63,920 nucleotides of DNA, filler included, from Sphacelaria rigidula (GCA_964200075.2; 8 parts of 8 records of this genome joined end to end with filler, not necessarily neighbours in it), one strand, 5' to 3'; positions 37,861 through 51,423 are shown, counted from the whole stretch's first letter. Translations and numbers: made by a program. The notes: generated from the sequence alone by a model not told the origin.

Positions 37861-38400
37861 GGGGACTGCAATCGAAGCATCGTGCGATGTGGGCGGCAAA
37901 CGTCTCGCAAATTGAGAGGATGAACGCGAGTTACGGTCGAATCGCAATTGTCCGTTGAACAACGATACGCCTGCTTTGGTCAAATTAATATCCTGTTTGT
38001 ACTGTGCCTGATGTAAGGAAAAAATATTAAATTTGATACCATCGAGCACATACACGTTAGTAAGCTTAATACGAAAACTAGTTCGCTCAGTCCCGTCATT
38101 CGATCTCATGTCAAATTTGAGGTTGAGGCTCCCGACCGCTCTTACTGGAAGTACTGTACCATCTCCTAAAATCACATTTTCGTTACCATGAGGGGGAACT
38201 CGCACATCGAACATCCCATCCATCTTCCCAGTTGTATGGTGCGATGCCCCTGTGTCCGATATCCACTCTTCCAAATCATCATCTGTACCCAACACCTCCC
38301 CACGAAGCATCATAGCGTACCCCTGCAAATCAACATTACCAAGCCGAAACCGAGACTCGCCTTTTGACATGGAGAATGCCATGTATGCTCGTGGATAATC
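37861..38400 (-). pseudogene. Copia-2 aspartic protease
   Basis: WISDTGASHHTTG, VILGDGTVLPVRAVGSL, LTNVYVLDGIKFNIFSL. Confidence 0.9.
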
Positions 38401-39847
38401 CGAAGTATACGTATCAGGCGGCGGAGGAGATGTGGCTGGGGGGGGCGGCATGCTGTTGATGCTGCTGTTGTTGTTCTTGCGGTGGAGCTGCGGTCTGATG
38501 TTGATGTTGACTGTTGTCCTGGTGAGGATAGTAGTAGTGATGCTGCTGACCCGGCGGATGGTACTGTTGGGAGTGTTGCTGTTGAGGGTGGTCTCTTGGT
38601 GGATGGTGTTGTTGGTAGGTGGGGTGCTCTGCGTAATTGTCTGTTGGTGGAGAGGAGTGATAGGTGTCTTGCGGTGCGGAGTATCCAGTGGGAGTTTGGT
38701 GCTGCTAAAGTTGGGGCAGTGTTCTATGTGACGAAGGTTCATCACTTTGGACGTAATGAGCATATCCAGCGCCGTCGAAACCGTCCCTGCCCGGTGGGGT
38801 AAAATGTTCGTCAGTAGTAGTGGGCCCACTCCACTGTGCAAGATTTGCACGCGAGTTAGACTCCCTCGAATTTCGGGAATCGTGAAAATGTTGAGGATTA
38901 TTGTTGTGGCGGAAGTTTTTGGTGTGGTGGTAGACGTTGGCCTGGGTATGGGTGTTGGAGTAATGGTTGCGTGGGGGGTGTTTTCCCCCGTGGTGGTGAG
39001 GGACACGCTGCTCCGGGTTCAGATATCGATTGTCTTGACGGCTATCAACATGACTTCGCCCGTCGCCACGTGGGGGGTAATCTACAGCTCGATCACGGCA
39101 TATGGTGCAATTGCGGACTCTGCATGGTGAGGGTTTAGGGGTTGGATTAGGGTTGTGGTTGTGGTGTGGGTCATGTGGGGATGCAAAATGTGAGCGGGAA
39201 TCAGGCCTTGGTGATGGTTCATGGTCATGATGCTGATGTGGAGTGGAAACACTGCGGTCAGATCCACACTCCCGGCAGTGATTGTTTCGCCTGCCCCCCC
39301 TGCCTCCGCGTCGCCTCCCTGATACGTCACTCTACGATACATCCTGAGCTATAGCAGACAGAGCATGGTTATAGGGAGAGTTTATTCTATTCCGCCACAG
39401 TTCCAACTCTGCGTGAGCAGTTTTTACCGTTCGGTGAAGACTCTCAGTGTCGATATCTGGCATCGCGAGGAGAATTCCTCTCTGAATCTGATATTCCGAT
39501 GACGGCCTGCGTGCGTAATGCCTGTTTGCATCAGACTCCGAAACTACATGACCAAAATGGTGTCTCTTCGGGCGGATCAGGTTCGCCCTATTTAGAAGTA
39601 CCAAAGGGCTTTCGCCCGGGGACATCTGCAGGCATGACCATTCGTGCTCAAGACGTGCCTTTTCAGTGGTAGGCGAAACGGTATAATACTGAACAAGATA
39701 ATCCCAAGACTCACTAGGCGAACCAAGCTTCGCAAAGTTTTCTACCATCACGGGAGCGGTGATTTTTTCGAGGAGTATATCGTGGGCACGTTGAGCTTCC
39801 TGTACTGCCCTGAACCCATGCTGCCTTATCAACTCTTCTTCTCTTAA
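38401..39847 (-). pseudogene. Copia-2 gag C-terminal part with long Q/P/H-rich extension
   Basis: ORF 39332-39892 (SPSESWDYLVQYY...LQMSPGESP) resembles Copia gag; downstream low-complexity region is frameshifted. Confidence 0.75.
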
Positions 39848-39914
39848 CAGGGTTGCCAGAAAAATGAGAACGTATTTTGAAATGAGAATCAACCGCTTCC
39901 CGGGATTGTGTCCA
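39848..39914. mobile_element. hAT-like MITE terminus (left)
   Basis: CAGGGTTGCCAGAAAAATGAGAAC...; inverted copy at 32013-32069. Confidence 0.85.
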
Positions 39915-41199
39915 NNNNNNNNNNNNNNNNNNNNNNNNNNNNNNNNNNNNNNNNNNNNTTAATTAATTAANNNNNNNNNNNNNNNNNNNNNNNNNNNNNN
40001 NNNNNNNNNNNNNNGCATTGAGTTCGATTTGTTTTTGGTTGCAGGCATTTTAATTTGCGGTAATTTTAGTGAGACACTGCCGTACGTAGAAACGGGACAA
40101 CACATAATACCAGAATTCTTGAGCCGAAGCAAACACCCATCCGTTGCGATCTCGGGGCTGGTGTCAGGGTCAAGCTAGGCTCTTCCGTCATCAACGGGCG
40201 GTTGTGGCATCATCGATGGTTGGTCCAAGCAACGGATACAGTACTGGTCGTCAGGCATATAGAAATAGGGACACAGCAGTAATTTCAGCGTGTAGCACTA
40301 CAACAGTATCTTCTGCGGACACAATCCGAACTTCTCGCTGGTCGTTGGTGATTGCCATGCACGCCCCCGATAAACGTGTTGGGTGTGTTCCGCGAGTGTC
40401 TATCTTGGGTGCACGTTACTCTGTACTGTAGTGGTGAAGTGAAGCGATTTGAGGAGGCGAGACGTCCGTTTTCGCGTGGCCATATGTCACGAGTGACATG
40501 TCTATTTCCCCCGTTTTTTTTCCGAGGCCCGAGTGCCACGCCCCCCCTCGAATGATGTGCATGAAAATTTCGGAGCGAAATGGTCTCAATGGCGTGGTTG
40601 GCTGTTTTCGCGTTTCTGGCCGTTTTTCGTACTATGTCAAGGCAAAAAACGAGAAGGTATACTTTTCAAGGCCATTGCCCAAATTATTTCAGAACGACCC
40701 GTACCCATGAATTCGGTGCCGCCTTGTATTTGTTTTACTGCCCGCACTTGGCCCGCATACAAAAATCATTGCACTTTTGCACGGAAAATTTGCGTGTGCA
40801 TTTCTCTACCGTGGGCAAAGGCACCATAATGAAACTTGGTGTTATATATTAGTTGGATACAACACAGGCAGTATGTGCACCAAGTTTCAGCTCCTTTCGA
40901 CCAACGGGCAAATTAAACTGAGCTAATACCGATATACCGTCGACAGGCCCTCAAAACGGCCATCTCGCAGCCCAGATTCCGGGTACCGTGAGTGAATGCA
41001 TGTGTGCACATGGTGGTGCACTCACTTCTATATCGTGATCTCCTGGGAGGGTACAGTGCTGGCAAACGAACATTGAGGATTAGGTTGACCATTTGCCATC
41101 TGCCCACCCGCAGGTGGACACCTGAGTGTGACAGTCAGTGTGACAGCCTCAAGTTCCGACACCTATTGACCGCGACGACGGTTTTCAATTTTTACACAT

Positions 41200-41325
41200 G
41201 ACGTTTTCGTGAGATTGAGAGTAGAGCGCTGATTCAGAGTGGATTTGATCATTCGCTTCAACTCAGCCAATTTTTCATTCCTTGTGTGCTTTTCTTTGCC
41301 TCTAATCACCGGCGTGTGCTTAGAT
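41200..41325. mobile_element. Partial MITE family C
   Basis: ACGTTTTCGTGAGATTGAGAGTAGAGCG...TTTTTCATTCC as at 19621 and 52275. Confidence 0.7.
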
Positions 41326-42049
41326 AGATCAGCACTGTCACACCCTCTGGATAATGACAATCCGTAAAAAAGTCATTCCAGTATCGACTGCAGAGATGTC
41401 CAGGGCAGGAGGCACGGTCGTGCGCGCGCTGCCGTCGTCGCTGCTATGCGCTGAAATTTCGGTAACATGTCATGTAGACCACAATCAACCAGCCCATGCG
41501 TCTAGATCTGGGGTTGGGCGTTGCAGCAGTGCGCGAGGGGATGAAAAGAGCTCCAATCCTGTCCCGGTACGTTTTTTTTCCTCTTCTAATTTTCGCGCAA
41601 GACTGAAGACGGAGTGTCCTTCTTATTAATAAAAACCCTGCGCCCAGGGCGGATTTGGGGAGGGGGGGGGGGGGAGCATTTTTCCAAAATGCTAGCCACG
41701 CCGAATGTAAGTGCTCACGGAGGAAAATTGACAACGCCAACTGGCAGTACCCTAGGTCCCTGCCAGCCAATCTGTTGGCTACTTGCATTCCTCGCCTCGA
41801 GTACAGCCTCGAATACACACCTGCACACCCTCACCCCTATATATGACATGGTATTCAATAGTTCGAAAACACACAGACGATCCGAGGTTGAGGACATGTG
41901 TCGTGTGTCGCTGTGCGACCTGAAATAATGAAAAACAAAGAAACTTTCATATTTCGACTCCTCGGTCACGGCGGAATGATCTTGTATGATTTTTCATTCG
42001 CCCGGATCTTCGCTTTTTTGGGGGGGGGGGGGGGGGAGGGTCCCTCGCC

Positions 42050-43150
42050 ACGTGAAGCAGGGTATATTTCGTCTCGCGTAGGAGGCCTTATATCTTTGTT
42101 CATGGTAGAGGTAGTAAATAATTCCCCTCGTAAAGGAGGCATCTCTCCTGTGGATGAGCGTCAGATATGTCTTCTCGTGGATGAGGTATTATATATCTTT
42201 TCATGCGAGAGGGACGAAATAACTCTCTTGTGAAAAAGGCATCAGATAATTCTTGTGGATGAGGTAATATTTTTCTCTCCTCGCGAACGAGGCATCAGAT
42301 ATCTCTCATCTCATGGATGAGGCGTTATATCTCTTCTCGTGGATGAGGCATCAGATATGTCTTTTGATGGATGAGGCATCAGATATTTCGTCTCGTGGGT
42401 GAGGCATTATATCTCCTCCTGCGAAGGAGGCATCAGATATCTGGTCTCATGGATGGGGCATTATATCTCTTCTCGTGGATGAGGCATGGATATTTCGTCC
42501 CATGGATGAGGCATCAGATATCTCATTTAGTAAATGAGGCAATACGTGTCTTCTCGCAAACGAAGGCATCAGATATCTCCTCTCGAGGCATCCGATATCT
42601 CCTCTCGAGGCATCAGATATCTCCTCTCATAGATGAGGTACTACATCTCCTCTCGTGGATGAGACATGGATATTTCGTTTCATGGATGAGGCATCAGATA
42701 TTTTGTCTCGTGGATAAGGCATCAGATATTTCATCTCGTGGATAAGGCAAGATATCTCTTCTCGCGAACGAGGCATCAGGTATCTCCTCTCACGGATGAG
42801 GTAATGTATCTCTTCTCGTGGCATAGATTTGGCATAGATATGTCGTGTCATGAGTGAGGCCTTTACATCTGTTCTCATGGATGAGGCATCATATCTACTC
42901 CTGCGAACGAGGCATCAGATATTTCTTATGAATGTGGCATTATATCTCTTCTCGTGGATGAGACATCAGACATTTCATTTCGAGAATAAGGCGAGATATC
43001 TCTTCTCGCGAACGGGGCATCCGGTATCTCTCTCGTGGATGAGGCATAGATATGAGGCATTTAACCTTTTCTCGTGGATGACGCATCGGACATGTCTTCT
43101 CGTAAACGAGGCAGTGTATCTCTTCTCATAGATGATGCCTTGTGTATCTC
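42050..43150. repeat. ~1.1-kb degenerate minisatellite, ~25-28-bp units
   Basis: Dozens of variants of TCTCGTGGATGAGGCATCAGATAT and ...GAGGCATTATATCTCTTC. Confidence 0.9.
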
Positions 43151-45242
43151 TTGTTGGAGGCAGTGATCTACTCGGCGGGCATCTCTCTACTCGAAAACAT
43201 CCTTCGAAAGCACGGGGTGGTCGGGTAGGGAAGAGATGCGACTCCTCACGGAATCCTCACAGTACTACAGTACAGTGTTCCGGTTGTACCACCTTCAACA
43301 CTCGCACACTGCCTGCAATCGAACAGTAAGCTGGCCGGATCTTCAGGCCGCCGTTCTGCACGCCTGCTACTGCGTCTGCCTACCACTCTCCCAGCGTGCT
43401 AAACTCAATGACAATCGCTTCCATGCTCGGTATCAGCGGCACAGACGTTCCAAGCTCTGAGCCTTTCATCTTCTTCTGTTCGGCGTTCGTGATCTCACAT
43501 GCATTATTATCCGTGTGTGCATTCAATTTCTTTTAATTCGGTGAGCAGAAATTCTTTCGCTCCCACGAAACACATATTCCCTCGATTCGGAGTATTCCGT
43601 GTTTTGGGAAAGGCAGCTTGTCAACTGAAGATTAGCATTTTTGCCGGCCCGGAAAATTATGCACGTTTAGCGGAATCGAAGTATCCTCAAGGTTGAGCAA
43701 CATTGCGGCGAATATTATTCCAACCGCAGTCACAGCCACTTTTGCAACGATCCGTACCGTAGCATTGCCACGGTCATACGATTATAAATTGGCTGGCGGA
43801 TTGCCTCGAGGATAACTCGACACGCTCTGTTTACGGACAGGTGGTAGCAGCGGCGACCCGAACCGCAGCATTACCACGATCATGTACTCGCAATTGGACC
43901 GTTTTTTTATGGGGATGAATCTCTGCGAAATCGGAGTGACTTATATCTACGAAAGGATCAGATTTGTAGGGGCCCCATTATTTGAGGTACTGCCTGTTCT
44001 GCCCTTGAATCGGGACCGATTTCGGCAGTATGTATCAGGAAAGTGGGGTTAGGGATGGCATGCTGTCGAGTGCACAAGGAAATATTTCTGGATGCTCTGC
44101 ACGTGTCTTGAACCAATTTCGTCTTCTCTCTCCTTGTTTTTTTGTTCTTGTATTTCCACTGTCCTTCAAAACTTCCCTCCTGTCGGTCGTGGTTTACCTA
44201 TCCTTGACAATAAAACAACTGATTCAAAAAACAAAACACCTTCTTGCTTCCTGTACTTCTGCAATAAATAACACGCAGGCGGGCACGACAACGGCTATTG
44301 GATGCATCTCCGTGATGTCGACCACATCCCTTGATCTGGGGCTGCCTACCCCCGGCGTGACGGCTGGCTTGGTTCAAGGTCCGTACGAGGGTAGCATTCC
44401 CACAATCGCCGCGGGTATACCGTAACGTGCTGTACCGTAATGCCTTTAAATTCCCGTGTTTTGTGGGTTGCGCGGTAGGACTGTTAGCGCGTGCTGGTGA
44501 ACCAATCAGAAGTGGCGCGGGAAGTTAAACCCGGCCGTGCTTTCTGGCCGCGGTGATTCAGCGCGCACCCAATACCAGCCCATCTGAGTAGGATCGGGGC
44601 TGAACGTTGTGTGCAGCATCTCCTGTGTTTTCGATTGGTCTGTGCGAGGTTCGCCTGCACCACAGATTGACCCTGCGAAGCGACTGCTCGTACTGCAGAC
44701 ATTCTTCAATTTCGTCTTCCCTTGGCGGGGTGTTAAAATGGACAGTTGTGCTGCTTCCATGATAATATTTTTTTTGTCCACCCTCCGCCGAACAGCTCGG
44801 TGCACGTCCTCGGTGCACATGCTCGTCTTTGCGCTGACATTCATACCTTTGTGTTCGAGTTCGCTGTGTTGACAACAATATTTTCCATCCTCTGGCTTTT
44901 CGCCCATCGCGTGAGGCTCCACTGGCTCCACTCTACGGTGACCATTTGCATGTCTCATGTACAATTGTTTCTTCTATGTATTCATTGTGCCTCCTTGCCC
45001 TTTGGTGTACGAGGCACTGTAACTGCCGTACCGCAGACTAAAACCAAACACAACCATGTCGTTCCATCTGTCCTGTACCCATGTGCCCTTCCTTCCTTGA
45101 CCCCGCGGTGGATGGAAAAAACAAACTGACGAATCTCCTGCTCAGGCGTATTTCTGTTTCTTCACGGATTCATGGAGGGACCAAGGTGGGCCGACAAGAC
45201 AGCGAGCGAGTCAAGTCAGCGTTGCTCGCGCAAATGGTTGTA

Positions 45243-45304
45243 AACAATGACAACAACAACAACACCACCACCACCACCATCACCGCCACCACCAACAACA
45301 ACCA
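45243..45304. repeat. (AAC/ACC)n microsatellite
   Basis: Direct reading. Confidence 0.85.
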
Positions 45305-46779
45305 AAAGTACCTGGCCATAGACAGTAGACAGTCAGGTCGCGTACCGACACGACTTAGTCCCGGCATCAAGCGCGAAATCGTAGCACTTCCACCTAAACG
45401 TACAGCAGTGGTAAACTGTAGTGCCATGCATATCTTCGAAGTTAAACCTTATTCACCACTCGTGCGGTCTGTTCCGCGATTTAGCCCGCCAGGAGTCTCG
45501 TGGGCTTCTGGAGGATACTTTTGTAGGCGCAGATGGACGCGAAATGAATATGGGTCGTGAGCAGGAATTATGCAAACTAGATGGTTCAACCCTATTGGGC
45601 GCCGCCCTCACAAACAGCCAAAATTGTATTCTACTGGCTGGTTGTTCGTGTGGAGGATGGCATACATGATCAAAATCAATCACGCACGCCCAAAAGTCTC
45701 AGAAGAGTGTGGTCCATGCATACAGTGTCCTACGGGTCACAAGCAATATGACAGGGACATCGTAGAGTGGCGATGAGCACAACGCAGCACAGCACCGCAC
45801 CCCACAGTAGAGTACAGTCCTTTCTGATGTGCCCATCTGCACCTAGCCCTTTTCACCGACAGACGTAACTCTCAGCTGAAAGTCAGGGCAGAAACGACGG
45901 ATCTTGGGAGTTGATAGCTAACCATCAGCATACAGTAGTGCAGTGCAGCAGCACAGTACAGTATATACGCGGAGATATGTGCTGCATCCGAGTCCGAGTT
46001 CGCACGAGTTTGTGTGCAGCAGTTGCTGGCGCCTTGTACCCCCGATTACGCTGCGGCCAGCCGTTGCTGGAGGGGTGAGTAGGAGTGACAGCCTGTTCAC
46101 TGCGTATTGCAGTCGTCGCGTACTCTCGTTTCACATGATCTCACATGGTCTTCCAATTGTTTGTTGGTGTTGGTAAATTGAACGGGTTAGCTTTTGTGTC
46201 AAGGGGGTGGTAAAATGTGACGTTCTTGCATGGCGTTCTCTCACCCAAACTCAGAATGATAAAATATTTCCCAAGGAAAGGAAGGCAATTGCACACTGTA
46301 CTCGAGTGGTTTTGATCCCGGGAGGACCCGCATCGTCTACCGTAAACATTACATCCGTGTATCCTGTTTACCCGTCACTTCAGAATTACTTGATTATTGT
46401 ATGAGGGGGTGGTTTGCCCGCGGCACGCTTTTCCTGACTGAGCAAAAACCAGTTGCCCACTTTTTGTCGCTGGGCGCTTGGTCTCCCCCTTCTGCTGATG
46501 CGATTGGTTTGACACCACCCGAAAGGAAAAGACGTGAACAATATCAGCACTCTTTTCATGCAGTTCAAATGCGGGGTGAGGTCCAAGAGGATTGATCGGT
46601 TGGCGAGCAGTGACGTCTTCCCATGTCTAAGAGACGAGGGTGAAGGTTTGTGTCCCCTGTGCGTCAATGTGTTGCGTGTGCCGACATGATCGTACATGCA
46701 TGACCACAGGCTTTTTTCTCACCGTCCTGAGACAATACTTCTTGTTCGCGGCTTTTGAGCCAGCACGATAACATGTACG

Positions 46780-46900
46780 TCATACGCCATACACCATACA
46801 CCATACGCCATACGCCATACGCCATACGGCGTACGACGTACTACGTACAACATACGGTACATGGTATACGGTATACGGTATACGACATACGACGTACGAT
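46780..46900. repeat. 7-bp (CCATACG / GTATACG) microsatellite
   Basis: Direct reading. Confidence 0.8.
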
Positions 46901-47473
46901 ATGAGTCATACGTGCAGCAATAGTTTCACATGATATGTAGGCGTCGTCTGTCCACTGGAAAAAAACTATTCAGACTGTTGCCCCAAAAGCCACTCCGCTT
47001 GGCGTCCAGCAAGGGATTTGGGCGGTCAGAGGCTTAACGCAACTACATGACCCACATCGCATCAGCGTTGCCCACAGCCGCCGGATATTTCTAGTCAGAC
47101 GTCGGCCGTGCTGTACACAAGCAATGTTTTTCACCCGAGACACTGCACTGTGAACATCACCGGCGTTGAAAACGATTGCACCATTGCCTCGAAAGAACTG
47201 GGCCCTCAAATCTCGAACACCGGCCATTTGTCGCTGCTCATTGTTTGCGTTGCGTAATCGGCCGTCGCTTTTTGTTGTCTGCGCTGAGCTACGTGCGGAT
47301 GTGTGTATGCCTTCGACTATGTGTGCTCTTCATCGATTTCAGGATGCAACTCGTTCCCTTATATGCGTCGGGCATAATTGCAGTCGCCAGGGCGGGGTTC
47401 AAGCTTTCAATCGGCGCTCCTGCTGGCGCCGTGATGTTACTCCTCACGTCTATCTCAGGCGCACTGTGAGTCC

Positions 47474-47570
47474 CTGTCTGTCTGTCTGTCTACCTGTTTG
47501 TCTCTGTCTGTCTCTGTCTCTGTCTCTGTCTTTGTCTTTATCTTTATCTTTGTCTTTGTCTCTGTCTCTG
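47474..47570. repeat. (TCTG)/(TCTCTG)n microsatellite
   Basis: Direct reading. Confidence 0.9.
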
Positions 47571-49203
47571 AGCTAGAGCTGGTAAGTTGCTCTCCCGGGT
47601 GTAGTTCTGTAAATGCGTCTCCGCTGCGCTGCCTTTCGTGCTCCGACGGCTGAGTATCTTTATTTCGCGCATACCATCAAGTCATTCCCGAATGTGCGAA
47701 ACGGCGCCGGCACGGCTAGCGTGTGTACACTTTGAACGAACAAGGGCGCATGGACAAATAGTGGCGCTGCGTATAGGCCGGTGTCAGAAATGCGAAGTGA
47801 ATTGTGCGTTGGAGATCGATTCACTCAGTACATGCATACATGAGCAGCATACCCGGGCCATGGTGAACGCACAGTCCCGAGCCCAACCGGCACCCCGCCC
47901 CCCCCCCCCCGCTGACNNNNNNNNNNNNNNNNNNNNNNNNNNNNNNNNNNNNNNNNNNNNTTAATTAATTAANNNNNNNNNNNNNNNNNNNNNNNNNNNN
48001 NNNNNNNNNNNNNNNNGTGTTACTCTTTCGTATCTTCTCTGCAATGGAGAAATGGGACTTCAACCTCATATTTTGTTTCAACCCAAAAAATTAGGATCGG
48101 CTGTTAATCCGGCTCAAGTGTCCAGACCGAAAGTAAAGGCAGGTCGAACCCCATCGCGATCTTGAACTCCATTTTCGAGGAGACCGAAGTAACTCCGCTA
48201 TTGTTGTAGGGTGTTCCCGAGGGTGGATCTTCTCGAAGCATCTCCAAGGCGAGGTGTACTTTCTCTCTTCTCAGACATGTCACCCTTGGACCTGCTCTTG
48301 TAACACATCTACGGCTCACATGTCATTCAAGTACTACTGGCTCCGTACATACACCTGCTGCCACAGGCACATATCATGATCAGGGTTGTTCCTTTTCGAT
48401 GACACGGAGGGCTTCGCGCCCGGTGACTTCCCTAAATATTACGTTTCAGTTGAAGCGATCATGTTCCGCAGTATCAGAAGTACTGCGCTCAGACAGACCA
48501 GAAGTCATGGTGGGAACAGTGGTGATCACAGCCAGCACGGAGAGCTGGCTCAACAAGCGTCTGGCAGTGGTGGAGAAAGCAGCACCACGCAGGGTATACC
48601 TCACTCCGCAGATCGAAAGCGTTTGGCACTTAAACAGACTCCGCACTAGGAGGAAATGACGAAGTTTGGACTGTGTTCTCGCAAATACTGGCGCCGCGCT
48701 CTATGTGCGCGGGGTGCTGTACTGGTTGCTGTCTGTGTATGAAGGCTGCGTACCAACCACAGCAGTGAGGCCTTGGGCGGTAGTACCTGCTCGCTGAACG
48801 GCGCCTGGGTGCAGGGTGACATGGCGTACCACAGCATTTGACGTACATAGTTTATCCCTGCCTCGTTTCCCCCCCCCGCTGTCTTACATAGTTCGACACA
48901 GCATCAACCGCCGACACCTTCTGGTGCGGCACCTGTCATCATGGGCGGGATACCAGCCCTCGCCACGCCACATTTTTTACAACTAACTGTCTATCACAGT
49001 ATCTACCTGCCTTTCCGGCGTCATGACCCCCCCCCGTAAATTCCACGCAGATGAGCGTGGAATACCCCCGTTACGTGTACGTTCACCCTTGGTGGCAGAG
49101 CTCTAAGGCCCCTTACTTCTTTATAATGGTGGGCTAGTATACCTTCGGCGAACCTACACGGTAACATCCCGCGCTGTGGCGTGAAAGTAGACTTGCACAT
49201 TTT

Positions 49204-49460
49204 CACGGTTAGGACGAGTCATCACGACTACGAATCACCAAATCCACGATTTCTTCGGCCTGATTGCCCAGAAGGGAGAAAAAAATTGACCGCTGTCGAA
49301 GGGGTATCCACGCAACTTTTGCGCCATTCCACATGTCTGGGCTGCATGTACCTGGGTTGCAACGCTGAAAACAACGTGTAGGGATTGATCCGTACGATTC
49401 GAATCAATTGCACTAAAACCAAGTGATTTCCAGATGAATAATTGATTTGTCTGACCGTTG
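49204..49460 (+). mobile_element. Complete MITE family A (257 bp), hAT-like 8-bp TSD
   Basis: Ends CACGGTTAGGACGA / TTGTCTGACCGTTG; perfect CACATTTT duplication at 49196-49203 and 49461-49468. Confidence 0.85.
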
Positions 49461-50600
49461 CACATTTTCACGAATTACCTAACGTGGTGAGATCCTGTGA
49501 GATCGTGAAAAACTCCGCAAGACTCCCGCAAAGTGTAAGTGTGGCAATCACCACAATATCCACGTGCAGACCCTATACGGCCGTACTCTGACTGGTAATG
49601 GGAGAAAAATACCGCAACAACCATCCCTATGGCTGTGTCAAACTATTAGCGCGCTTGATCCGGAAGTTCTGGTGGTACGTAGCAGGACGTTGCCCCTTGC
49701 TAGGGAGGCCGGGGCGGATCGTTTGGCAGACCCTGCTGTTCGCGCGAGACAGGCTTAACCTAGATCTCTCGAACGACTTGGAGCGGGAAGTATGAGTACC
49801 CAACTCTCAGAGATATACATAGGCCTGAAGGATACTCCTTAGCTGTGTTCCTTCGAGTGTTTATTCATAATCGAGGGAAGATTTACGATATGGCTGGCAG
49901 GATCCATCTGCCTGTCTGCATGCGGGCCGGATTACTGCATTATCCCCTATAACAACTGTCATCAGATAGCTGATTCTACAAGTAAGTAAAATAATATTTA
50001 TTATTCAACCTTGATATAACATAATAACCGCAATCTTGGGCGCGATGCTGGTATCCACCGTTTCAATGCACACCGCGCCCTCAGCTACTTTAGCCATTAA
50101 ACTGTTGCTATGACAGCTTACTGTTGTACTGATGAACATATCCTACGAGTTTTGGCGTCATCACGGGTGAGGTGCGCCTTTTCTCGAAGCCCAACCTTAC
50201 AAAAATACCCCCTTCATTCTGTCGAAAAGAAAACATGAAGATGATGTCCATCCTGGCGGTCAGAGTAAAGAATGAACTAATTGCTGTGTCGTGAACTAAG
50301 ATGGGTCAGACTTCGAGCTACGCAGAGAACTATTTCTGCATCGACGTAGGTAGTAGAAACTACATAAACCGGGGGGTATTTTTGCGCGGCGTCTTGAAAG
50401 CTGAAATAACAGACAAAAAGCAGAGGAGGATACAAAAACTATGGAAACATCGACGGGTCTTGATTTAACATATCTTCGGTGTCACACAGAAAACCTCGAA
50501 AGCGCGAAGCCGCCAACGACACGTGGGGTTCTTTGCGCTCGGTCCTAAGGTATTTCACTTCCTCTGTTCCACAACTACACTCAACACGCCGCAACGAAAA

Positions 50601-50680
50601 ATGGCGTGCACCACGAAGAAACTGTTCTGCGTCGTCGTAGTAGCAGCGTCGGTCACTAGCTCGGCCCATGCATTCTCCAG
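50601..50680 (+). CDS. Putative first exon encoding a stramenopile signal peptide
   Basis: AAAAATG start, MACTTKKLFCVVVVAASVTSSAHAFS, strong donor CAG|GTATGT; AHA-F matches the ASAFAP cleavage motif. Confidence 0.55.
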
Positions 50681-51319
50681 GTATGTCGCAGCGGTGTGGT
50701 GATGGTATGCGACAAAAACAAAAACGTGCGGCTCGCTTGGTAGCACTGTGGGGAGGGAGGTCTGACCTCACCATCTAGATCAACATGCCTACGAACATGA
50801 ACATATTTGACTGTCTAGTTAGTGGTGAACGCATGACTTGCCACTCCGGTGCAATGGCAACTGCTCGTCAGGAGCGTTTCGGGACTCGCTTTTGTTCCTC
50901 AGTACATTGCTGTAGCCATGTGCGTTGCGCACATGGTCCAGCACACTTCACGCCGTGTCATCTGTCCGAGTAACGCAAAGCGTTCGTAGACAGACAGGGG
51001 TGGAACTGCACCTAGTTGCAAGGGCACTTGGGAGCGAAGTTCAACTTACAAGACACTGCTCGCTCGTGGATGCTCAGACACTGCGTTGCAGTACAGACAG
51101 AACGTACACGCGTAGGCGGCCCTTCTGGGCAAAAGTCGGGTTGGTGACGACACTGGACCGTCAAAACCAGCCCGAATCAGTTGAAGAACTATCCACCCCC
51201 CTCAAAGATCGAACGCGCGCACCTTTCCCCCCTGCCCCGCCCCCCGCCCCCGCCATGCGCCCCTCTTTCTTCGATTCATGCGCCGCTGATGCGCGTGCCT
51301 TATCATGTGTTTTATCATG

Positions 51320-51423
51320 AGCAAAAGGTCGCATCAGCTTGGATTTGTGGCGCCGGCTTCGGCCAGGAACCTGGCGTTCGTGCAGCCTCCTACCGTATCT
51401 GCGGCGGCACCCGCGCGAGTCGG
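51320..51423 (+). CDS. Possible transit-peptide exon (boundaries uncertain)
   Basis: LGFVAPASARNLAFVQPPTVSAAAPARV, no acidic residues, followed by GTGTGT. Confidence 0.3.

Noticed and set aside
42050..43150. CRISPR array or repeat-protein ORFs (MRHQI...)
   Set aside because: Degenerate minisatellite; ORFs are short by-products broken by stops
48399..48659. Possible exons (also 8781-8830, 23564-23830, 44279-44390, 48104-48319)
   Set aside because: Splice-like signals only; no recognisable product or connected gene model
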